Shown one piece after another: positions 1 through 12,000 of a stretch of DNA of 64,000 nucleotides (the first letter of the stretch is position 1; each line of letters begins with the position of its first letter). The notes under the pieces are model-generated. The model searched no databases and was not told the DNA's origin. It worked only from the letters and a program-made list of their open reading frames with translations. The position numbers were made by a program, and so were the translations under genes. Origin of the DNA: a virus; the IMG/VR virus record IMGVR_UViG_3300042898_000852, positions 13,937-77,936 of that record. One strand, given 5' to 3'.

Positions 1-3000
1 TTGCTGTGCGACAAGCACGTAAACATTATTAAATCTATTCAATTTGCAAAAAAATCTTATACAGAATTTAAAAATAACTTTATTAAATTTGCTGAAACTG
101 CCACATACAATCTAGATCCTGTTGAATTTGTTGATGATATATTGGCCACTATGTCCAAAATTAAAACACAAAAAGATGCGTTTGCAGATTCTGACATGGT
201 AGGTAGTGGCGCCTACAATCTCAAAGAATACATTGTAGAAGACACAGAAATCACGACCTTTGCACTGAATACAAAATTTAATTTAACTCAACTTAGTAGA
301 ACAGCAGTTTATATCTATATCAACAATACGCAGTTGACACACGGTATTGATTATACATTCAATGATACGTTTGGATTTGTTAGTATTTCTAAATCTCTAG
401 CAGAAGGAGATGTTATTCAAATAAAAGAATACGTTTCTTCAAGTTTCTGTTTTATTCCACCAACTCCTTCAAAATTGGGTCTATATAAAACTTTTATTCC
501 GTCTTTGTTTTTAGATGATACTTATGTGACGCCAATTAATGTTATCCAAGGACATGATGGCAGTATCACAGTGGCCTACGGTGATTTTAGAGATGATGTG
601 CTATTGGAATTAGAAAAACGCATCTACAACAACATCAAGCAAGTATACACAGAAGATTTGTTTAGTCAAGATGCTATCCTTGGAGGATACTACGGATCAT
701 CTACATATACCAAACAAGAATTAGACAGCGTGATTAGTTCTGAATTCCTAAGATGGTTTAGTGAAACAAATGTAGACTATCTGACCAACACATTTTTTGA
801 CAGTGAAGATTCTTTCACATATACCTATTCAAATATGGGAGACCCAACCGGTCAGCTAAATTTGCCCGGATGGTGGAGAGGAGTGTACACCTGGTTGTAC
901 GATACTGATAGGCCACATCGTTGTCCTTGGGAAATGTTGGGATTTAGCCAACAACCTAGTTGGTGGGAAGATCAATACGGTGCTGCACCGTATACAAAAA
1001 ATAATTTACTATTGTGGGAAGATCTAGCAAGTGGTATAATTCGCCAAGGACCTCGAGTAGGAACGTATGATAGATATAAAAGAGCCACTCTGCTAAATCA
1101 TATTCCTGTAGACGGTGACGGCAACCTATTAAGCCCATTTGAATCCGGAGCAGCTACTAATTTTGTTTTATACAACAACAAAGGCACATTTAAATTTGGT
1201 GATCTAGCTCCGGTGGAATATGCCTGGCGCAGCAGTAGTGATTATCCATTTGTTATTATGCTGGCTCTATGTCTAATGAGACCTTATGAATTTATCATTG
1301 AAACTCTTGATAAATCTAGAATCAAAGTTAACAAAATTGGTCAAACAGTTAATAAAAACACAAATTTATTCTTTAAAAATTCGGACATTGTTATTCCGAC
1401 GTCCGGAGGCAATCAAACTTCTGGACTTGTAAATTATGTTGTAGATTATTTGAGGTCAAGAGGACTAACTGAATCTGTGCTTCAGAAGAAAATAGACAAT
1501 CTAGATGTCAATTTATCTACCAGATTAAGCGGATTTGTAGATCAGAGTCAACAAAAATATATTTTAGACAGTAAAAATCCCAGCGCCAGCACCAGTAATA
1601 TTTTTCTTCCTCAAGAAAATTATGACATTAATTTTAATATCAGCGCACCAATTTCCAGTCCAAGTTACAGTGCAGTAGTAGTTGAAAAACTAGCTAGCGG
1701 CTTCAAACTTTTTGGTTATGACATCAGCGAACCTTATTTTAAATATTTTGAAGCTGTCAAAAGCGCCAATGATCCTTTGCTGTCAGTTGGCGGCGTGAGT
1801 GAAAATTTTATCGATTGGGAAGCCAACAAGATTTTTGGTAATGGAACAATAATTAGAGTATCTGATATTTTTTACAGATGTATTAAATCACACACAAGTG
1901 GCATAGAATTTGACGCACAATTTTGGCAAAGAATCGCAAAATTACCGTTAGTAGGTGCAGTAGAAGTTTTTAGAAGAAGAACGGTAAACAGTGCCGCAGT
2001 AAAAGAACTACCTTACGGCACAGTATTTTCATCTCTACAAGACATAGCAGATTTTATCATAGGGTATGATGCATATCTACAATCACAGGGATTTGAGTTC
2101 ACCGGCTATGACGGAAATCTAGAATCGGCTAAAGATTGGATAACATCGATAAAAGAGTTGTTGTTTTGGTCAAAACATAAATGGGCCGAAAGTTCACTAA
2201 TCACGTTAAGTCCAGCTGCTGCAAAAATAGAGTTGAATATTGATATCGGAGTTGCTGACAATCTGCTTGATAGCTTTTATGATTATAATATTTTAAAAGT
2301 TGATGGAACCATTTTGCCTGTGGAATTTATAAATGTCAACAGAGAGTTTAAAAAAATAACGGTAGATGTTGTCAACGACTCGGACGGCATATACTTTTTT
2401 AGATGTTATTTTGTTTTGAAAGAACACGTAACAATTTTTGATGATCGTACAGTTTTTAATGATGTGTTATATGACAAGCCAACAGGCTATCGTCAAGAAC
2501 GTATAAAGAGTCGCGGATTCCGTACAGTTGACTGGGACGGTGATTATACTAGTCCGGGATTCTTGTTTGACAATGTCAATATACAGATATGGCAACCCTT
2601 CACAGATTACAAACTAGGTGACATTGTCAATTATAAATCTTACAATTGGACCAGCCTTGTAAATCAACAGGGTGCTATTCAATTCAAAGACAGTAATTGG
2701 ACTAAATTAGACACAACTCCTGCCAAAGGATTGATCAGCAATTTTGATGTCAGAGTCAGCCAGTTTGAAGATTACTATAATGTAGATGCCGACGGCGCCG
2801 GCGCCAGTCAGCGTGAACTAGCAAGACACCTCATAGGATATCAAACTAGAGAATATTTACAAAATCTTGCAGAAGATAATGTTACTCAATTTAAATTGTA
2901 TCAAGGATTTATTAGAGAAAAAGGCACAGCCAATGCTGTGGTCAAGGTTTTTGACAAGCTCAGCAGAATCACTGCCGACAGCATTGTGTTAGATGAAGAA

Positions 3001-6000
3001 TGGGCATTTAATGTTGGTAGATTGGGAGGCATAGATCAACTCAACGAAATAGAATTTGAAATTGTCAAAGATAATCTACTAGTAAATCCTCAGGCCATAG
3101 TTATTACTAACGGACCAATTTCTAAAAATTCATTGGACAAATATCTAAGAGTAAATCAAACTAACTTTACTAGGTCCTTGATTCCTTATAGTGTTGACAT
3201 CAATCCATTGACCGTCTATCAAGGAATTACTAGAAATGCTGGATACGTTAAAACAGATCAAATAGAATTATTTGTAAGATCAAGAGAAGACATATTATCA
3301 CTGGATATTTCGTCTTTGGTTGAAAATTCTCATATATGGATTACCTTTGATAATGCATCTTGGACAGTGTTGAGATTAAACCTCAACACAGCCCTAATAA
3401 TTGAAGACATCGTCAAAGATTCTACCACAAGCGTAATTACTGTAACTGTGAGTCGAAAACACGGACTAACAGTAGATGAAATTGTAGGCATAAAAGACAT
3501 TGTAAATTTCACCGGATTTTATAAAGTTGTAGCTGTTACTGATTATACCTTTGGTGTCCAAGACGGCCCCGGTCCTGTGCCAAGTGCTCCAGATATAAGT
3601 TCTATACAATACAACATATATCAGTTGACACAATCCAGATTTAATTCTTATCAAGACCTTGGAGATCAAACCGCAGCTCTGTTAAAACAAGGATCAAAGT
3701 TATGGATCGACAACACCGACGCAACTGTAGGCAATTGGGAAGTTGTTGAAAAACAAAGACTGTACGTTGAAAAACCAATCACCAATTTTGGAGCCACTGA
3801 TCCCAGAAATACAGGAAGAGCTGTGGTATATGCTGACAACCTCAAACAGGTTATTACAGGAATACCCTCTGCCAACTCTGTAATGGTTTACTCAGAAACT
3901 GTCACAGGATTATCTGTAAAAGAAATACTACAACCAGAAACTGAATTTACAAATACAACGGCAAATAGTTTTGGAGATGCCATTGCTATCAGTCCTGATA
4001 ATGTTTGGTTAGCAGTAGGAGCTCCTTTGGCTTCTGGAGTACCTAGTAGATTCAAAGGAATTTATGAGGACAGCTATATAGATCCACTTATACCAGCAGC
4101 ATCTTATCGTGCCGGCGATATAGTGTTGCAAAATGGAAAATTATGGGAAGCCACTAACGATCAACAGCCCGGCGATGGCAGCACCAATACTCTGAACACA
4201 TTGTCTGTGAATTTTAGAAATGAAGATTGGAAACTGGTTGACGTAGTCTATGCCAATTCATCGGGATCGCTAGGACCAGTAAAACAAGGTATGGTGGTTC
4301 TATACAAACGAAAAAATAATGCATGGGAATTGCAACATACAATTCTTAGCCCTCGAATTGAAGCAAATGAAAAGTTTGGATCGAGTATCTCTATTGGAGT
4401 TTCTGGCGCAAATTATTATATGTCAATCTCTGCTCCTGGATCTCTTAACGATCTAGGCAGAGTTTATCTTTACAAATATACTGGTACAACAGCAGGATCA
4501 ACAACACAGATTCTGACGTTTAATGGAACCAGTGCTGTAAATTATGCAGTGAATACAATTACGTTTTCAAGAAATCATAATTATATTACCGGCCAACTTG
4601 TGAGGTATCTCAACGGCACATATGCCGGAGATGATAAATCTCTAGCTACATCGCCTCCACCACCTGAAGATTACACAATCTTATACGCAATAAGAATTAC
4701 AGATACTGTTATACAATTGGCAACTTCAGTAGTAAACGCCACAACCGGAACAGAAATTGATCTCAAAGATTTTGGTATAGATGATTCAAGTTCCCATACC
4801 TTAATCAGCACAGCGACTGTTGGTTGGAAACAGATGGGAGATCCTGAATACCGAGGACTTTATACTAGTAGCGTTAGTGCTATTTACAGCCAAGGATCTA
4901 AAGTTTGGTATGAAGGAAGAATATATCAAGCACTAGAAGATACCTATGGTGACGGAACATCACTTGATTTATCTACCAGCAATTCTTGGCAGGTCCTAGA
5001 TGAATCAGTAACTGAAGTTTCATTACCATCTAACATTGCCTTGATTGACAGTGGAAATGTTCTTCCAATTCTTCAAGACAGCTCTACAGCTATTCTGGGA
5101 TCGATATATCCTTTGGTCACAGCTGGCAATTTTAAACTAGGTGAAATCTATAGAATTGAAGATTATGGTACTACAAATTTTCAACTTATCGGTAATAATC
5201 CTGCAGCTGGTGACGGCCTAACGTTTAAAGCCACTGGAGTTGGTTCAGGTACAGGTACAGCAAGATGGATATCCTATCAGTTTGCAGAATTGATTAAAGC
5301 TGGTGATATGTTTGGCCAAAGTCAGGCCATGAGTCGAGACGGCAGTGTATTAGTAGTCGGGGCTCCTGAAAGTGACGGAATATACATTGCCAACTATAAA
5401 GGAGTATGGACAGATTATCAAACATATTACGAAGATGATATAGTAAAATATAATGGAGATTATTATAGATTAGTCGACTATGATCCTCTTACAGGCGGCG
5501 AAGCAGATTCGTCTGAAGATTCTACTTATATAACTACTAGTAAAAATGATGTGCCCACAAACAGCAGTCTACAAGGTCCGTGGACTTTTGTTAGCTCTGA
5601 AATTTCTAATCCTTCTGGGAAGATTTTTATCTATAAAAGAAATACCAATGATGTTTACGAACTAGCTCAAACTATCACTGCTGGGTCGTTGATTGAAATT
5701 AGCGATGTATTAAATATTGACAACCTAAATACCGGAGACAAGTTTGGAGCAGCAGTAGACATTGACTATAACGGAACTACAATTATTGCCAGTAGCCCAC
5801 AAGCAGATGTAAAATCCACCGATCAAGGTGCAGTGTTTGTGTTTAAGTCCGCACAGTCGGATACTATTTCTTATAGATTGAAACAAAGACTAATCAGCCA
5901 CGAAAATTATGCCAACGAGTATTTTGGGTCTGCTATCAGCATTAGTCCCGCAACAGAAAAAATAGTTGTAGGTGCCAGTAATGCCAGTTTTAACCTGTTT

Positions 6001-9000
6001 ACAATATATGATCAAGGTTCAACATCTTTTGATAATACTAACACCACATTTAGTTCTGACGAAGGCAATACAGGCCAGGTCTATGTGTTTGAAAGAAAAG
6101 ATCAAACATATCACCTAACAGAAAAATTATATGTACCAGACCTACAAGACTGGGAATCATTTGGTTCTAGTGTAGACTGTGTGGGATCTGTGATAGCAGT
6201 GGGATCTCCTACATATCGAGATACAGTTTATAGAATAGGTGTTAATTTTACAACTACTATTCTATTGGGAGCCAGCGGCAATAATGCACTCACAGTAGAT
6301 GTAATAATACAAGACGGAGTTATTGTATCTGCTATAGCTAAAGATTCTGGAGCTGGATATACTGTTAGTGACTTCGACGATGATACCGATGCTATTGAAA
6401 TTAATGGATCTGCAGACAAAGCTCGTATCAAAGTACAGTCGATGTCTGCTGGTACTATAACTAAGTTGTTTGTGTCCTATGGAGGTAGCGGATATACCGG
6501 CAGCGCAGAAGTTATTGAAACTGGCCAGGTTAGATTGTTTACTAAAGATACAACTAAAAATCCGTGGAATACCATCGCCTCAAGACAAGACCTAACTGAT
6601 ATAGAATTGTTTAAAAACATTTCAATATACGACAATGAAACCAATGTGAAAATTTCAGATATTGAAATAGTTGATCATTACAAATTAAAAATACTAGGTG
6701 CAGCCGAACAAGAATTAAAATTCAAAACGCTGTACGATCCTGCAACATATACCAACGGCACCGATCAACAAGAAGTTGATGAATCCCAGGCCTGGTTTGA
6801 AAAACACGTTGGAGAACTGTGGTGGGACCTAAGTACTGCCAAGTGGTTGCTCTATGAACAGGGTGATATTTCCTATCGAATTGGCAACTGGAATCAATTA
6901 GCCTACGGCGCCAGCATAGATGTGTATGAATGGGTAGAATCAAAATATTTGCCCAGCAGATGGAATGTGTTAGCAGATACAACTGAAGGTCTTGCACAAG
7001 GAATTTCAGGCCAGCCGCTATACCCGGATAACACAGCGTATTCTGTAAAGATTTTAACCAATTCTTCAACAGGTGAAACTACAGATACAAAATATTATTA
7101 TTGGGTCAAGAATAAAAATATAGTGCCAAAAAATGTTCCAGGCAGAAGAATTACAGCATTGGATGTAAAGAGCTATATTGAAAATCCAATAGGCACAGGA
7201 CAGCCTATACTATCTCCGATAGCCGCAGATACTTTATTGGCTTTCAATTTTGAATCTTTGATTTCTTCAAATACCGCGTTGATTAATATTCAATATAGAA
7301 AAAATCTAAAAGCCTTGAATTCTATTCACAATGAATATCAGTTATTGACCGAAGGGGTTGCAGACAGTCTCCCAACAGAAACCCTAGAAGCCAAATGGAT
7401 AGACAGTTTGGTAGGGTATGACCTTGCTGGTAACATAGTGCCGGACGCCGGTATACCTATCAAGCAGCGATATGGTCTAAGTTTTAGACCCCGTCAGACA
7501 ATGTTCAAAGATAGATTTGCCATTTTAAAAACAGTAATTATCAACATCAATTCAGTATTAAAAACTCGAGCGTTTTCCGATACTTTGAATTTTATCAATC
7601 TTGGATCAGTTGATCCAGAACCTTCCAGTGTATTAAATCAATATGATGTACGTGTGGACACACTAACTGATCTTGCAGAAGTAGGAACAACAAGAGTTAA
7701 AAAAGCTGTGCTTAGAGCTAATATTGTTGACGGAGAAATTGATACTATTGATATCACAGATTCTGGATTTGGTTATAGAAATGCTCCATTTGTCAACATT
7801 GAAGGGAATGGACAAGGAGCCACAGCACGAGTCACTATAGACAGTCAAGGTAGAATAAATTCTGTCACAGTGTTGTCTAAAGGTCGTCGCTACACATCAG
7901 CTGTAGCAGAAATAAGATATTTTTCTGTGTTAGTTGCACAAGATAGTTCGATCAATAATTATTGGAGTATCTATTCCTGGGATGATATAAGAAAAACTTT
8001 CTTTAGATCTAAGTCTCAGGCATTCAATACTAGCAAATATTGGGAATACATTGATTGGTGGCAAGATGGTTACGGAGTAACTTCTAGAATAGTCAAAGAA
8101 ATCACCGACCTTTATCAAGAACCTTCAATTTCTGTCAAGGTTGGAGATCTAATACGTATCCAAGAATTTGCCAATGGCGGATGGGCAGTATTAGAAAAAA
8201 CTGATCCAACCCAAGGAAATATTCTAGATAATTACATTCTTGTTGGCAGAAAAAATGGTACCATCAATTTAATTATTGATGATCTAGTGTCGGTGCAAAA
8301 TATAGGATACGACAATACCATTGCCTTTGATGCTGATGTATATGATATAAATCCCACACAAGAATTACGCAATATATTAAAAGCGGCCAAAGAAGATATA
8401 TTCACAGAAGACCTTAGAGTAGAATGGAATAAATTATTCTTTACCAGTATTCGATATGCGTTTGTAGAGCAGCCGTATATTGATTGGGCGTTCAAAACAA
8501 GTTTCTTAAATGCCACTCACAATGTTGGAGATTTAGAGCAAAAAATAAATTATAAAAATGATAATTTAGAAAATTTCCAAGAATACATAGAAGAAATCAA
8601 ACCCTATAGAACCACAATTAGAGAATATATTTCTAAATACACAGATAGGGACATTTCATATTCGGGAACCACTGATTTTGACCTACCTCCAGAGTACTCT
8701 ACTCAAGATGGAAAAATATTACCAATTAGATCAAACAGCGACAGATTCACTAGTTATCCTTGGAAATGGTGGACTGACAACAACGGATACGTTGTTACTG
8801 AAATTACTGTGTCTAACGGGGGTGCTGATTACACAGAAGTCCCTAGTGTAATAATCGAAGGCAACGGCACCGGCGCAACAGCTCAGGCATTTGTGGCCAA
8901 TGGCAGTGTTGTAGCTGTAAAGGTTCTAACCAAAGGTCAGGGTTATACACAGGCCCCTAGTGTCAGTCTAGTTGGCGGCAATGGTACCAGTCAAAGCATT

Positions 9001-12000
9001 GCCAAAGCTGTGGCCACAATTGGTGAAACTGCGGTAAGAACATTTGATCTTACTGTGAAATTTGATAGAATTGCTAAACAAGGAATATACCAAACATTTA
9101 CCAAATCTGAAATTTTTACAGCCACAGGAGTTTCTGCAGTTTTCCAATTGCAATATGCACCTAATAGAGACAAGAGCAAGATTTCAATAACTAAAAATAA
9201 TCAAATTGTATTGAACAGTGAATATACAATCACATTGTATACTTCCACAACGGATACATATAGCTTGATCAAAGGCAAACTAATTTTCAATACAACCCCA
9301 ACTCTAGGTGATATAATAGAAATCAACTACGAAAAGAATGTAGAATTATTTGACAGTATAAACAGAATCGAAAACTACTATTCACCCACTGACGGAATGC
9401 GAGGCAATGAACTGGCACAACTAATGACCGGTATAGATTTTGGCGGTGTACAAATTCAAGGAACAACTTTTGATGTTACCGGCGGCTGGGATGCTCTTCC
9501 GTGGTTTACTGACAGTTGGGACAGCGTGGAATCTAACAGTGATTTTTATTATGTGGCCGACGGAAGTACTATTGCAGTAACATTGCCATTTATTCCTGCA
9601 GCGGGAGAACAGATTTCTGTATATTGGAAACCTTCGGGAACCAGGATTCCGGGCGATATACAAACACTCGGCGGCACCACAAATCCACAAGTTATTATAG
9701 AATCAGGAATCACTGCCCCTAAAACAATTAGAGTAGATGATCCTAATTGGATTCAAAATTGGGATAGCTCAAATGCCACTAATCCCAACGCCCAGATGCC
9801 TACATTTGTAGGAGATGGATCTACTAGAGTAGTTGAAATCGGTCAATATATCAGTGTAGAACCAGGTGATACATTGATCTTCCGCAAGTTAGACAGTGAC
9901 GGATCAGTGACCATCACCGACGTAAATCTTTTAGATACTAAATTGAGTGGCGGATCACTATCAAATATTAGTGGTGCGTATCAAACAGCCAACGGCCTCA
10001 CAGCCGAAGAAATTGTCGTAGACGGCGATAAATTTATTAGCCCAGATCAAGTGCCAGCGCCCGAAGAAAACATTCCCGGCCAAGTGCTAGAAAGTGTAAG
10101 CATCAAAGTGTTCCACACCTATCCTCAAGGATCTGCCCTGATACAAAATACCATTGCATATTCGGACGGTGTAAAATTTAAATATGCCATAGGTATTAAT
10201 ATATTAGAAAACAATTCAGTAATTGTTTACATTAATAAAATCAAACAAGAACTGGTTCAAGATTATATTATAGACTATGAAACCAATGAGGTGGTATTTA
10301 ATTATGTACCGATCAGTACCACCATAATTGAAATACTGGCATTTGGTCTAGGCGGTATACATTTATTAGATTATCAAGAATTTGTTGCAGACGGTGCAAC
10401 TACATTGTTTTTAACTAAAGCAATTTTCAGTCAAACTTCGTCAATATTAGTTACAGTCAACGGTGATGCCGTTGATGCTGGATTCCTAGACAGTGCTGAT
10501 TTTACAGATACACTAGATAAAACTTTAGTACAGTTTGGTATTGCTCCGGCTATTGACAGTGTGGTCAAGGTGGTATGTCTAGGACCCGGCCTAGATGCAG
10601 ACTCCACAGGACAGAGTATAATTAGAGTTAATAATCAAACTATTGTCTACGATGGATCAACCACTAGATTTGTAGTAGACAAATTTGTTAATTTATCTAG
10701 GGCCTCCGCGGTATCTAACTTACTGATAAACATTAATGGACAACAGATCAAAGGACCTGATACTGTGTTAACAGTCTACGACGGAACCAACAATCAAATT
10801 ACTATTGGAGTAGATCCAATAAGATTTCCAGGTTCAATAACTTATCCTGATATTCGAGTATTTGTAAACAACGACCCAACGATTCAGGTGGTAGACTATA
10901 CGCTTAATTCTGGATCTAATATTATTACAGTGCGTTCAGATATTCTAGATATAGGTGATGTTATTAGAATTGTTGTTACCGCATTTGCAGATTATCAAAT
11001 AGACAGTGATGAAATTGTTTTCACAGATGCAATTATGGCCACTCTGGAAAACAATGATGACAGCACTGCAAAAGATATAATTGAAATTGTTTGGTTTAGT
11101 GAATATCCTAGTATGGATATTGTAGCTGATCAATTTGCAGGCGGAAAAGTTCAATATCAACTTTCTAGAACTCCTATAAATTCAAATTATGTATGGGTCT
11201 ATGTAAACGGAGTGAGACAAACACAGGACCGTGATTTTAGTGTATCTTTGCCGAGAGGTGTGGTATATCTAGATGTTGAAACAACTACCGAAGATGATGT
11301 AAAAATTGTTGAATTTGGCAATGACGTATATAGATTTCCTAGTGCATATGAAATTTACAAAGACATGTTAAACATATACCATTTCAAACGCTACAGCAGA
11401 AATGATGTTAAACTAGCCGTAGCATTGAATTACTACGATCAAAGTATTACAGTGGTCAATGGTGATCAACTGTATGACCCGACCGACCGACCAGTATCAG
11501 GTATTGTATACATCAACAACGAAAGAATAGAATATTTACAAAAGTCTGGAAATGTACTTACACAGCTTCGTAGAGGAAGTCTAGGAACTGCTATTGCAAT
11601 AATTCACGAAGCGGGTAGTTTTGTAACAGACAGCGGCCCATTAGAAACTATTCCGTATAATGAAACACAACACCGTTTGGATTTTGTCAGCGACGGTAGT
11701 ACATTATTAGTTGGTCCTTTAGATTTTGTTCCTACACAAGGAACTAGAAGTTCATGGTACCGTGGAATTGACATTGCAACAGGTGGCCCCAACATTCCTG
11801 TAACACACGGACCGTGTGATCAATTGGAAATATTTGTAGCTGGTACTAGATTACGTAAAAACCCTGTCGATGTATTTGATGAAGATCTAGGCCCTAACGG
11901 AAGCAAAGAAATAGAAGCAGAATTCAGTGTAGATGGAACAAGCTCTTATATAAGGCTAACAAAAGCAATACCGGCGGGCACCCGTATCACGGTAATTAGG

